Shown piece after piece: positions 10,372-19,304 of a DNA stretch of 64,000 bases. The notes under the pieces are model-generated. The model had not been told where the DNA came from. It made no database searches and saw nothing but the letters and a program-made list of their open reading frames with translations. The stretch comes from an uncultured Haloferula sp. (GTDB lineage: Bacteria > Verrucomicrobiota > Verrucomicrobiia > Verrucomicrobiales > Akkermansiaceae). The DNA lies in the NCBI GenBank assembly GCA_965652295.1, contig CBFGTS010000006.1, positions 160,001 to 224,000 of the forward strand, written 5' to 3'. The position numbers were made by a program, and so were the translations under genes. Position 1 is the first letter of the stretch; each line of letters opens with the position of its first letter.

Positions 10372-10726
10372 CGCCCTGCACCCAGGTTTGCGCGGCCAGG
10401 CGATCTTCGGCAGAAAAATACCGGACCTCCGCCGTGGTGAACGGTTTCATCAGCTTCGTCATCCACTCCTCCCAGCGCTTCTCCCCGACCATCGCGATGC
10501 GGGTGAAATCACCGGCATGGCGGACATCGAAACCCACGTCCTTGCCGAAGCCCTCGACCGTCCACCCCTTGAGATCCTCCATTTCCCAATACAGGCGGAT
10601 CTTCCCGTGGTGTTCGATCCGCGTTTCGAGCATCGGCAGGATCATCTCGTAGTCCGTCTCATCGAGCTTGCCGGAAACGCGGAGCGCGACCAGATCGGAG
10701 CGGGTTTCTGGAAGGACTTCGTGCAT
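10364..10726 (-). CDS. STAS/SEC14 (SpoIIAA-like) domain protein
   Basis: SGKLDETDY, GKIRLY, RIAMVGEKRW, EVRYF pattern. Confidence 0.85.
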   Translation of the reverse strand: MHEVLPETRSDLVALRVSGKLDETDYEMILPMLETRIEHHGKIRLYWEMEDLKGWTVEGFGKDVGFDVRHAGDFTRIAMVGEKRWEEWMTKLMKPFTTAEVRYFSAEDRLAAQTWVQGDE

Positions 10727-10748
10727 CGCGGGAGATCATCAAAGGGGT

Positions 10749-11198
10749 TCACAGCCGGCCTTCCTCCAGGTCGTAGACGTCGAACCAAACGTAGACCGGC
10801 CGGTGTTTCGGCACGCATTCCTCGATGTAGCCCTCGAGGAATTCCTGCAGCTCGTCCTCCATCTCACTGATGCGTTTGTAGCGCAGGTCGTTGTTCCATT
10901 TGATGACCTCCAGTGGCTCGGACTGCTTTGCGTTCGCACGCACCCATTCGGCCATTTCCTCATCGCTCGCCCCATTCTCCACCCGCTCACGGAACGCACC
11001 GGAATCGATGCCCGAGAAGTCGAAGAACATCCGATCGAGCGGGCAGTCGAAATGATACTCTCCCTCCGTGCCCGCACACACCGCCCGGCACTTGTCGAGC
11101 GTCCGGCAGGCCAGCACGTACCCACCCAGCGTCTCGCGCGGGCTCCGGGGAAATTCCTTCGTCAGGTCCTTGGCGTAGGACTTCAATTTCTCGTTCAT
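10749..11198 (-). CDS. DUF5069-like protein
   Basis: PRSPRETLGGY..RTLDKCRA...GEYHFDCPLD motif. Confidence 0.75.
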   Translation of the reverse strand: MNEKLKSYAKDLTKEFPRSPRETLGGYVLACRTLDKCRAVCAGTEGEYHFDCPLDRMFFDFSGIDSGAFRERVENGASDEEMAEWVRANAKQSEPLEVIKWNNDLRYKRISEMEDELQEFLEGYIEECVPKHRPVYVWFDVYDLEEGRL

Positions 11199-11204
11199 GG
11201 CCGC

Positions 11205-11654
11205 TCAGTTGTTGAGGATGACTTTCACGTCGATCTTCTCGAATCCGGGCTCCAGCAACCGATAAACCGGGCAGCTCTTGCGCGTTTCTTCCACCGCGTC
11301 ACGGAACTGCTCCTCGTTGAATCCACCCACCATGCCGGCCACTTCCAGAGTCAGCTCATCTACCGCCGGACCGGAGTCGGTGATGTTCAGCGTCACCGCC
11401 GCCGTGACGACGAGTTGCTGCGCGACCGTATCGCGGTCCTGAAGCGTCTTGCTCAGGGCCATGCTGAAACACGACGCCAGCCCGGCGGCGATCAGCTCCT
11501 CCGGATTGGTGTGCTCGTGGTCGCCCTGGCTGGTGCGCTTGGAAAAGGAGAACGGCTGCTTCAGCAGAGCCTGGCTCGCGGTCGTCACCAGACCATGCCC
11601 CTCGCTCAGGTTTCCGTTCCAATCAGCTTCGGCTTTGCGGGTAATCTTCTTCAT
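11205..11654 (-). CDS. osmC: OsmC family peroxiredoxin
   Basis: WNGNLSEGHG, TNPEELIAAGLASCFSMAL, second Cys in SCPV. Confidence 0.9.
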   Translation of the reverse strand: MKKITRKAEADWNGNLSEGHGLVTTASQALLKQPFSFSKRTSQGDHEHTNPEELIAAGLASCFSMALSKTLQDRDTVAQQLVVTAAVTLNITDSGPAVDELTLEVAGMVGGFNEEQFRDAVEETRKSCPVYRLLEPGFEKIDVKVILNN

Positions 11655-11785
11655 CTTGGTTTTCTGCTGGAATTCGATTCCCGGGCTCATCCTGTGGAGG
11701 CCCGATTTGGCACCCTAGGACCAAAGTGCGCGATGGAAAGCGACTTCTTCAGTGGATCTTCCCACAGCTCGTGCAAGGGTGGAGA

Positions 11786-12049
11786 ATGATGAAGTTCCAG
11801 ATGCTTTTCGCTCCCGAAAGACATGGAGATTCGCTCAAGGGCGGCGGCCACCCCGCCGATGAGAAACTCACCGAAGCCACTGAGATCCGGGAGATGACCG
11901 GCCATTCGGTCGAGGGCCACGCCAAGACCCCGGGGATCGACAAAGGGGTCAAACCCGGCAGCGATCCCGATCCCGAACACTCCGGCAGCGAATCCTCCGA
12001 TCCCATCCGTCCCCGCACCGGCCCCGACTCACCGCAAGCCGGTTCCTGA
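11786..12049 (+). CDS. Small hydrophilic hypothetical protein
   Basis: GGAG immediately upstream of ATGATG; fills the gap between osmC and xerD; G/S/P/D/E-rich. Confidence 0.55.
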   Translation: MMKFQMLFAPERHGDSLKGGGHPADEKLTEATEIREMTGHSVEGHAKTPGIDKGVKPGSDPDPEHSGSESSDPIRPRTGPDSPQAGS

Positions 12050-12057
12050 GGCACGCC

Positions 12058-12942
12058 TCACCCGCGCGGGTGGAACTTCTTGTGAATCGCCTTCAGCCGC
12101 GCGCCATCGACATGGGTGTAGATCTGCGTCGTGGAAATATCCGCGTGCCCCAGCAATTCCTGGATCACCCGCAGGTCCGCGCCGCCCTCGAGCAGATGCG
12201 TGGCAAACGAATGCCGCAGCAGATGGGGGTAGACCTTGAGATCGATCCCCGCCGCCACGGCACGTTCCTTGACGATCTGCCGCACCCGGTCGGGCGAAAG
12301 CGGACCTCCCCGAACGCTGAGGAACACCTCCGATCCCGTTCGCCGCTTCACCAACTCACGCCGTGCTCCGGAAAGATAGGCTTCCAGCGCCTCCCGCGCC
12401 TTGCCGCCCACCGGCACGATCCGCGTCTTGTTGCCTTTTCCCGTGACCCGCAGGAACCGCTCTTCAGCGTCGTACTGCTCCAGCCGTAGTTGGCACAGCT
12501 CGCTGAGCCGGAGCCCGGACGAGTAGAAAAGCTCGAGAATCGCCCGATCCCGCCGGCCCAGCGGTTCGGCCGTATCGATCGATTCCAGCAGCCGCTCGAC
12601 CGTCACCCGGTTCATCGTTTCCGGCAGGTGCTGCTCCGGCCGCGGCGACACCAGAGGCTCCGCCGGATCCATCGGCAACCGCCCGGTCGAGGCGAGCCAG
12701 CGGAAGAACACCTTCAGGTGGACCGAGGAAATCCGCAGCGACGAGGCTGCCAACCCGTCCGCCTTGCGCGAGCCGAGAAAAGCGGAGAGTTCATCGGTGC
12801 CGAGGTCCTCCAAGGGCAGTCGTTTCGAGCGCATCCAAAGACCGAGCGCGTCGAGCGTCTGACGGACCGAGAGCTGGTAGGCATCGGACAGTCCCCGCTC
12901 CGTCGCGAGGTAACGCATGAACCCGTCGATCTCCCCTTCCAC
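12058..12942 (-). CDS. xerD: Tyrosine recombinase XerD/XerC
   Basis: RDRAILELFYSSGLRLSEL, GKGNKTRIVP, HLLRHSFATHLLEGGADLRVIQELLGHADISTTQIY; GTG start gives 294 aa. Confidence 0.9.
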   Translation of the reverse strand: MEGEIDGFMRYLATERGLSDAYQLSVRQTLDALGLWMRSKRLPLEDLGTDELSAFLGSRKADGLAASSLRISSVHLKVFFRWLASTGRLPMDPAEPLVSPRPEQHLPETMNRVTVERLLESIDTAEPLGRRDRAILELFYSSGLRLSELCQLRLEQYDAEERFLRVTGKGNKTRIVPVGGKAREALEAYLSGARRELVKRRTGSEVFLSVRGGPLSPDRVRQIVKERAVAAGIDLKVYPHLLRHSFATHLLEGGADLRVIQELLGHADISTTQIYTHVDGARLKAIHKKFHPRG

Positions 12943-13057
12943 CCGGCGAGCATCGCGGATGCATTCCCGATTCGCAATCTTCCGGTGAGTGGATGTTTCC
13001 GCTCCGCCAATTTTGCATCCACCCAAGGTCCGAAGAGCTTTTCTCAATCACGGAAAG

Positions 13058-13189
13058 GAAGTTCGAGCACCCATCGACGGCATGAAACAACCCTGACGGA
13101 AGGCTCAACGCTACGAGAGTTCTTCGTTAGGTTGTCTTGGAACGAAGCGATACTGATTCCACCATCGGCGCGCCGCCGCTCGAAGCTTC
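13058..13189 (-). ncRNA. Candidate structured RNA (long interrupted hairpin)
   Basis: Nested complementary segments 13058-68/13178-89, 13075-82/13160-67, 13085-92/13130-37, 13094-98/13125-29; most mismatches become G-U pairs on the minus strand. Confidence 0.35.
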
Positions 13190-13226
13190 GCTGGACCGCG
13201 GCCACGCCGCCTTTACCATCCCGCTC

Positions 13227-14210
13227 ATGAACCAAAGAACCGTCGGAATCGCGGAGCGGCAGGTGTCGGAGATCGGGCTCGGCTGCTGGCAACTCGGCGG
13301 CTCCGACTGGGGAAATGTCGATGACGCCGCAGCCTTCGCCATCCTCCACACGGCGGCGGATGCCGGCGTCACCTTCCTCGATACCGCCGACGTCTACGGA
13401 AACGGCCGTAGCGAGTCGCTGATCGGCAAGTTCCTCAAGGAACGCGGGAATGACTTCTTTGTCGCCACCAAGCTCGGCCGGATGCCGGATCTGTATCCCG
13501 ACCACTACAGCGAAGCCGGCGTGCGGGCGGCCACCGAGGCCTCGCTCCGGCGACTCGGCGTGGAGACGCTCGACCTGACCCAACTGCACTGCGTCCCGCC
13601 CGCGGTCCTGGAAGACGGGGAGATCTTCGACTGGTTGCGGAAGCTGCGGGACGAAGGCAAGATCCGGAATTTCGGAGCCAGCGTGGAATCGATGACCGAG
13701 GCGGAGATCTGCCTCCGCCAGGAAGGGCTTTGTTCGCTCCAGATCATCTTCAACGTCTTCCGCCAGAAGCCCGCGGAAGCGATCTTCGCCCGGGCCCGGC
13801 AACAACAGGTCGGGATCATCGTGCGACTTCCCCTCGCCAGCGGCCTGCTTTCCGGACGGATGACCGCCGGGCAGAGCTTCGCCGCCAACGACCACCGCAG
13901 CTACAACCGCGACGGCCAGGCCTTCAACGTTGGCGAGACCTTCGCCGGATTGCCTTTCGAAAAGGGAGTCGCTTTGGCCGATGAACTGAAGCCTCTGGTG
14001 CCGGACGGTATGACCATGGCCGACATGGCGCAGCGTTGGATCCTCGACCACGAGGCGGTTTCGACCGTGATCACCGGGGCCTCGCGGCCCGCCCAGGCGA
14101 CTGCCAACGCCCGCGTGTCGACCCTGCCACCGCTGCCCGCCGATCTTCACCGGAGCTTGCGCGGGTTCTATGAAACCGAGGTCGCCCCCCACATCCGCGG
14201 TCCCTATTGA
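13227..14210 (+). CDS. Aldo/keto reductase
   Basis: VSEIGLGCWQLGG, DTADVYG, ATK, LDLTQLH, PLASGLL. Confidence 0.93.
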   Translation: MNQRTVGIAERQVSEIGLGCWQLGGSDWGNVDDAAAFAILHTAADAGVTFLDTADVYGNGRSESLIGKFLKERGNDFFVATKLGRMPDLYPDHYSEAGVRAATEASLRRLGVETLDLTQLHCVPPAVLEDGEIFDWLRKLRDEGKIRNFGASVESMTEAEICLRQEGLCSLQIIFNVFRQKPAEAIFARARQQQVGIIVRLPLASGLLSGRMTAGQSFAANDHRSYNRDGQAFNVGETFAGLPFEKGVALADELKPLVPDGMTMADMAQRWILDHEAVSTVITGASRPAQATANARVSTLPPLPADLHRSLRGFYETEVAPHIRGPY

Positions 14211-14253
14211 TCCTCCGGTTGCGAAAACCCAAGGCGGCACCACACTTCCGCCA

Positions 14254-15186
14254 GTGCCCGATCCATCCGCCGCCCGCCGCTTCGAAGTCGTCCTCAACCG
14301 CGAGTCGGGGACGCTGAAAGATCTCTGGCACGACGATTTCCCGCAGGAACTGGCGGCCGTTTTCCAAATGGAGGGAATCGCCCCAAACATCCGCGTGACG
14401 CGCGGCCGCGAGCTGGATGCCACGCTCGACGCGGCCATGGCCACCCGGCCGCAGGCCCTGATTATCGGCGGCGGCGATGGCACCGTCTCGCACGCCGCGA
14501 GCCGGATGCTCGGCGCGGACATTCCGATCGGCATCCTGCCCTGCGGGACCTTCAATCTGGTCGCGCGGGACCTCGAGGTGCCGCTCGATCCCTTCGAGGC
14601 GGCGCGGGCGCTGGGCACCGCGGAGATCGACGAAGTGGACGTGCTTTCCGCCAACGGCCGCACCGCGCTGTGCAATCTGATGCTCGGCTTTTACCCCCGC
14701 ATGGCGCGACGGCAGGAAGAGTTCCACGGACGGGCGTGGTGGAGGAAATCGGCCCGCATCCTGTGCGACCTGCGCGACGCCTTCTACCGCTGCCCGCCCC
14801 TGATGCTGACCCTGGAAAGCGCCGAGCACGGAGAGATCCATCGCGTCACCCGCTTCGCGGCCTTCGTGCCGGGCGACTTCGACGACATCCTTTCCGTGAT
14901 CCCGAAGCGCATGTCGATGGATGGCGGACGGATCGGCGTGTACGTCTCTAGGCACCGCAGCGCGCTGGCACTGGCGCGGGGGATGGCCGCTTACGTGCTC
15001 GGGCTGATGGAGCGCGAGCCCGGCCTCGAACATTTCCATGCCACGCATCTGACCATCACTTCCGGCCGACGGCATCGGCTGGCGGCCTCGATCGATGGCG
15101 AAATTCTCGACATCTCCCTGCCTCTGCGGCTCGATCTGAGGCCCAAGGCGCTGCGGGTGCTCCGTCCGCGCGCCGAGAACGACTGA
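14254..15186 (+). CDS. Diacylglycerol/lipid kinase family protein
   Basis: VLNRESG, GGGDGT, GILPCGTFNLVARDL, IDGE; start codon uncertain. Confidence 0.85.
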   Translation: MPDPSAARRFEVVLNRESGTLKDLWHDDFPQELAAVFQMEGIAPNIRVTRGRELDATLDAAMATRPQALIIGGGDGTVSHAASRMLGADIPIGILPCGTFNLVARDLEVPLDPFEAARALGTAEIDEVDVLSANGRTALCNLMLGFYPRMARRQEEFHGRAWWRKSARILCDLRDAFYRCPPLMLTLESAEHGEIHRVTRFAAFVPGDFDDILSVIPKRMSMDGGRIGVYVSRHRSALALARGMAAYVLGLMEREPGLEHFHATHLTITSGRRHRLAASIDGEILDISLPLRLDLRPKALRVLRPRAEND

Positions 15187-15195
15187 AACTCCGCT

Positions 15196-16011
15196 TTGGC
15201 TTTCTTCATCCAGATTTCCGACCTGCACTTTGGCGCCGAAGTGCCCGCCGCCGTCGATGCACTGCTTGAGACCATCGCCCACACCCACCCGGACGCCGTC
15301 CTTTGCTGTGGCGACTTCACGATGCGCGCGCGACGCTTCGAGTGGCGGGCCGCCCGGGATTTCCTGGAAAAGATCGCCGTCCCCGTGGTCTCGATCCCCG
15401 GCAACCACGACATCCCCGCCGCCAACCAGCCGCTCGACCGCCTGCTCCATCCGTTCCGCCGCTACAAGCGCTTCATATCCGACGACATGGAGCCGCACGC
15501 CAGCTTCGGTGGCCTGGAGGTTTCCGGCATCAACACCGCCCGCCCCTGGGGTTCGTGGCCGACCTTCGATTGGTCGCACGGCGCGGTGAGCGTGGCCCAA
15601 TGCGCGGCGCTGCCCTTCAAGTTCACCTCGCACGCCGGCATGCGCGCCGTGATGATCCACCACCCGCTGCGCGGCGAGGCTGGCCAGACCCGGAAGCTGT
15701 TGCGAAAAAACGGGCTGCTGCTCGCCGCCATGGCCTCCGCGAAGGTCGATCTACTACTGGCAGGCCATTTCCACCGCTCCTATATCGACGTGATGCCGCT
15801 GCCGGTCGGCGAGGGCAACATCGTCCTTTCCCATGTCTCCACCGCCTGCTCCCGCCGGACGAAAGGCGAACCCATGGGTTTCCACGGCATCGAGACCGGC
15901 GAGAATTCGGTGACAATCACGCAGTACTGCTTCAACGACGGGAAGTTCGAGATCGCCTCCACTCATCTCTTCCATCGCGAGGAGAATGTTTGGTCGAAGC
16001 AGGGTGCCTGA
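15196..16011 (+). CDS. Metallophosphoesterase (calcineurin-like)
   Basis: SDLHFG, GDFT, PGNHD, HHP, GHFH motifs; TTG start. Confidence 0.88.
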   Translation: MAFFIQISDLHFGAEVPAAVDALLETIAHTHPDAVLCCGDFTMRARRFEWRAARDFLEKIAVPVVSIPGNHDIPAANQPLDRLLHPFRRYKRFISDDMEPHASFGGLEVSGINTARPWGSWPTFDWSHGAVSVAQCAALPFKFTSHAGMRAVMIHHPLRGEAGQTRKLLRKNGLLLAAMASAKVDLLLAGHFHRSYIDVMPLPVGEGNIVLSHVSTACSRRTKGEPMGFHGIETGENSVTITQYCFNDGKFEIASTHLFHREENVWSKQGA

Positions 16012-16343
16012 AGCGTATCGACTCCCGCCCGCAAAGAATCAGTTAGGACACCCGGAGCGGCGAAACGCGTTCGCCGGAACCCGCCAGAGAAGACCGCCCT
16101 CAGGGACCACTCCCGGCGGACATGTTCCGCCGTTCCTTTCCCCCGCGACCGTCCTCGCACGTCCGCAACCGCTTCTCCTATAACCCACAGCTTCAGACTG
16201 GCGCTCTTTCCACCAAAATCAGGTTCCGACCGACGAACAAAAGGAAGTATTTCATGGCTCCGCTCGAAGAGCCGGAAGCGGGGTCTCAATCTGGCATGAA
16301 GATCAGATCCAAAAGCTCGTCCAGCAAAAGAACCGGTAATTCT

Positions 16344-16381
16344 TTCTGTAAATTTGCAGAATCGGTTGCATCCCATATTAT
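16344..16381 (+). promoter_or_regulatory. sigma70-like promoter with overlapping 18-bp palindrome
   Basis: TTGCAG (16354-59), 16 nt, TATTAT (16376-81); palindrome ttctgtaaa/tttgcagaa at 16344-16361 with 1 mismatch. Confidence 0.5.
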
Positions 16382-16387
16382 TCCCGC

Positions 16388-16416
16388 TACCGTGGGTTCG
16401 AATCCCGCCAGATCCG
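16388..16416 (+). other. tRNA 3'-end-like fragment (T-arm plus acceptor strand), possible att-site remnant
   Basis: taccGTGGG-TTCGAAT-CCCGC-cagatcc-g: 5-bp T stem with canonical loop; no D-arm/anticodon upstream and no CCA. Confidence 0.55.
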
Positions 16417-16418
16417 AA

Positions 16419-16823
16419 ATGAGCACCAGTATTCGCAGAGCCACGCTTCCTCCATCCACCGCCGGAAGCGGTTGGCGCAAGGGTGACCATCCACCAACGA
16501 AGGGCCTCATTCAGACTCTGCGAGAGGATTACGGAGTAACTCAGAACCTGATGGTCCGCCTGTCGGGCTACTCCCCTCGCTCGATCGCAAACTGGGCAAG
16601 TGGGACCAAGGCCACCAAGCCGGCGACAACAAAGTTCATGGAACTGACGAGGCTCTTCAGCGCTCTCGCCGAAATGGCTCAGAGCCCGAAAGACGTGATC
16701 CAGTGGCTTCAGGAGCCCAACGAGGCCTTTGATGGCTCAACACCTTTGCAAGTCATTGAACGGGGCGAGTCGGACCGTATCTGGCGGATGATCTACTTCC
16801 TGCGCTCCGGCGAGCCTCTCTGA
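16419..16823 (+). CDS. Xre/MbcA/ParS-type antitoxin (HTH plus toxin-binding domain)
   Basis: HTH (LREDYGVTQ...SGYSPRSIANWASG); C-terminal WLQEPNEAFDGSTPLQVI..G motif. Confidence 0.8.
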   Translation: MSTSIRRATLPPSTAGSGWRKGDHPPTKGLIQTLREDYGVTQNLMVRLSGYSPRSIANWASGTKATKPATTKFMELTRLFSALAEMAQSPKDVIQWLQEPNEAFDGSTPLQVIERGESDRIWRMIYFLRSGEPL

Positions 16824-16954
16824 CGATTTCTGTCTCAAGGATCCATTCCGGCTCGTGTTTCTATGAGAAGGAAGCTCAGCCGATCTGACGCAGGGGCGGG
16901 AAAAGACGGCTGCCGGGCTCGTGGAACGGGGGCGTCCCACCTCCAAAGTGAGAC

Positions 16955-17302
16955 TCACCCGATCGCCGCCTCCCACTCGGCTTCCTTGAAGCCGGTGAGG
17001 CCGATGCCGTTCCCCACGACGAACGGGCGCTTCACGAGGTTGCCGTGACGGGAAAGCAGGTCGAAGGCCTCGGCCTCGCTCATGGCGGCCAGGCGGTCCT
17101 TCAAATTCAGCTCGCGGTAATCACCTCCAGCGGTGTTGAAGAGGCGCTTCAGGTCTCCCATGGCCTCGCGCACTTGCTTCAGCTCCGCCACCGTCGGCGG
17201 GGTTTCGCGAATGGCAATCGGCTCGTAGGTGAGGCCTCGGGCGTCGAGCCATTTCAGGGCTTTCCGGCAGGTATCGCAGCCGCGGTAGACGTACACTTTC
17301 AT
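16955..17302 (-). CDS. ArsC/Spx (YffB-like) thioredoxin-fold protein
   Basis: CDTCRKA, LFNTAG, NLVKRP, GFKEAEW; ATGA overlap with the folB stop. Confidence 0.9.
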   Translation of the reverse strand: MKVYVYRGCDTCRKALKWLDARGLTYEPIAIRETPPTVAELKQVREAMGDLKRLFNTAGGDYRELNLKDRLAAMSEAEAFDLLSRHGNLVKRPFVVGNGIGLTGFKEAEWEAAIG

Positions 17303-17661
17303 GAAGACGGGCGTTCTCTTTCCAGGCTCACGCCGACCCACTCGGTTTGGGGCAGGATGAATTTCCGGATCCGCACCTTCACCGCGACGGCACCGAAGCT
17401 GTCCAGCACCAGGTCCGCGATTTCATCGGCCAGGGTTTCCACCAGCTTGCGCTCTCCTTCCGCGGCGAGCTTCTCCACGGCCAGCGAGACGGCGTGGTAG
17501 TCGATCGTCCGGCCGACGTCTTCGGCCATGTCGGCGAAATCCGTCGCCGGGCGCATGTCGAGGTCGATCTTCAACATCTGCGAACCGGCCCGTTCTTCAT
17601 CGGGCACGCCGATGCGGGTGAAGATCTCCAACCCGCGGACATGGATCCATGCGGCATTCAT
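17299..17661 (-). CDS. folB: Dihydroneopterin aldolase
   Basis: IGVPDEER..SQ, TIDY, LVETLA, VRIRK motifs; 120 aa. Confidence 0.92.
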   Translation of the reverse strand: MNAAWIHVRGLEIFTRIGVPDEERAGSQMLKIDLDMRPATDFADMAEDVGRTIDYHAVSLAVEKLAAEGERKLVETLADEIADLVLDSFGAVAVKVRIRKFILPQTEWVGVSLERERPSS

Positions 17662-18695
17662 GATTCGGGGCCGCCGAGGACTTCCTCGATCAGGCGGCGG
17701 GTCGGTTGGTTAAGGTCCAGCTCCAGGGCTTCCTCCGGCGTCAGCCAGCGGAATTCCTCGGCTTCGTCGTTGAGCACCACCTCGCCGGAAATACGGCGGG
17801 CGACGTAGTTGAGCAGCAGGAAGTGCTCGGGCCGTTCGAATTCGTCGGAGTCGATGCAGTCCTGCACCATCACGAAGACCGGGGCGGCGACATCCAGGCC
17901 GGTTTCCTCGCGGATCTCGCGCACCAGGGCGGCGGCGGCGCTTTCGCCGCGCTCGATCTTCCCGCCGGGGATCCCCCAGCGATGGCCCCACTTGTGGGTT
18001 TTCACCATCAGCACGCGACCTTCCTCGTCCTCGATCAGGGCACCGACGGTGGCAACCGGCCGCTGTTTCTCGCCCGGGCGCTCCATCAGGCGGCGCAGTC
18101 CGTCGAGGTCCTGCACGGTGAGGTGCGGCCTCGCCAGCGCCAGCGCGCCGGCGTGGGTGTAACCGGTGAGCACCGCCACGGAAGTGAGCTGCGCGTGGTG
18201 CGCGGTCTCCACATCGTGGGTCATGTCACCGACGAAGGCAGTCTGGGAAGGAAGCAGGGCGTGGCGCTCGATGATTTCCAGAATGACCTCGCGTTTGTCG
18301 AGGACGCCGGAGTAGGTGGCTTCGAAATACGGGCCGAGGCCGAATTCCTCAAGCTGCCCGTGGAAGGCGTCGGAGTCCATGCTGGTCAGGACGAAGCAGC
18401 GGATGCCGCGCCGCCGGCACCATTCGAGTTTTTCCCGGGCATGGGGCAGCACGGTGACTTTTTCCAGTGATCCGGAAAAGGCCCTGCGGAAATGCACCTC
18501 GAGCTTGGCGAGCGGCACGGCGGGCAGCATTTCCTCGTAGAACTCGCGGTAGGGCAGCCGGAACCGTTGGCGGAAGGCCTCGCGATCGAGCGGCGGCAGA
18601 CCGTAGACGGCCAGCACCCGGTTGGTGGCATCGAGCACCGGCGGGAGGTCGTCCACCAGCGTGCCGGACCAGTCGAAGATGATATTTTGAAACAT
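17658..18695 (-). CDS. HAD-family hydrolase fused to a Nudix hydrolase
   Basis: N-terminal IIFDWSGTL, LTS, DK, FVGDMTHD; C-terminal Nudix box GGKIERGESAAAALVREIREETGL. Confidence 0.9.
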   Translation of the reverse strand: MFQNIIFDWSGTLVDDLPPVLDATNRVLAVYGLPPLDREAFRQRFRLPYREFYEEMLPAVPLAKLEVHFRRAFSGSLEKVTVLPHAREKLEWCRRRGIRCFVLTSMDSDAFHGQLEEFGLGPYFEATYSGVLDKREVILEIIERHALLPSQTAFVGDMTHDVETAHHAQLTSVAVLTGYTHAGALALARPHLTVQDLDGLRRLMERPGEKQRPVATVGALIEDEEGRVLMVKTHKWGHRWGIPGGKIERGESAAAALVREIREETGLDVAAPVFVMVQDCIDSDEFERPEHFLLLNYVARRISGEVVLNDEAEEFRWLTPEEALELDLNQPTRRLIEEVLGGPES

Positions 18696-19048
18696 CAGCC
18701 GAGAGAGAAACGGATCGACTTCACTTTTCCCTCGCCGAGGGAGGCGCGCAGGTTGGTGAGCAGCCTGCCTTTCATCTGCTCAAGCTGGAAGCGCATCGCG
18801 GGCTGGAGCACCTTGAGGGTGAGGCAGCCGTTTTTCAGCGACTCCGGAGATGCATGGCGGGCGACGAGATCGCCGGCGATTTCGCGCCAGAGCTCGCGGA
18901 GGCGTTCCTCGTCGATGCCCTCGGCGGCACCGACCTGGTTCAGGATCGCCGCCAGGAATTCATCCGGCCGATGGACTCCGGCGTCCGGGTGTTTCGGCTC
19001 CTCGCCGCCCCGCCACTCGGCGAGGATGGCGCGACGGAGCCGGGACAT
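18695..19048 (-). CDS. DUF721/DciA family protein
   Basis: LWREIAGDLVARHASP..LKNGCLTL...LEQMK..LL..L pattern; alternative start at 19066. Confidence 0.8.
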   Translation of the reverse strand: MSRLRRAILAEWRGGEEPKHPDAGVHRPDEFLAAILNQVGAAEGIDEERLRELWREIAGDLVARHASPESLKNGCLTLKVLQPAMRFQLEQMKGRLLTNLRASLGEGKVKSIRFSLG

Positions 19049-19067
19049 CCGGTCACCCCTGGCCATA

Positions 19068-19304
19068 TCACGCGTCGCCGTCGTCGCCGATGGCTTCGAC
19101 CGGGCAGCCCTCCATGGCCTCGCGGCATTGGGATTCCTCCTCGGCGTTCTCCGGTTGCTTGTAAACGTACGAGTAGCCTTCGTCGTCGGAGCGGGTGAAA
19201 TTGTTCGGCGCGGTCTCGCGGCAGAGGTCACAGTCGATGCACTGGGAATCGACGTAGAACTTGCCTCCGATGTTTTCCTCGTTTTTGTCTTCGCGGTCAG
19301 CCAT
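19068..19304 (-). CDS. Ferredoxin (single cluster)
   Basis: CIDCDLC...CPVEAI. Confidence 0.92.
   Translation of the reverse strand: MADREDKNEENIGGKFYVDSQCIDCDLCRETAPNNFTRSDDEGYSYVYKQPENAEEESQCREAMEGCPVEAIGDDGDA

Noticed and set aside
12058..12942. Phage or island integrase
   Set aside because: Size and motifs match housekeeping XerD/XerC; no phage or conjugation genes nearby, and no dif site recognised.
16193..16255. 20-aa minus-strand peptide MKYFLLFVGRNLILVERAPV as a small toxin
   Set aside because: Too short, with no supporting signal; MbcA-type antitoxins pair with RES-domain toxins.
16340..16420. Complete tRNA gene
   Set aside because: Only the T-arm and 3' acceptor-like strand are present; no D-arm, anticodon arm or 5' acceptor strand.
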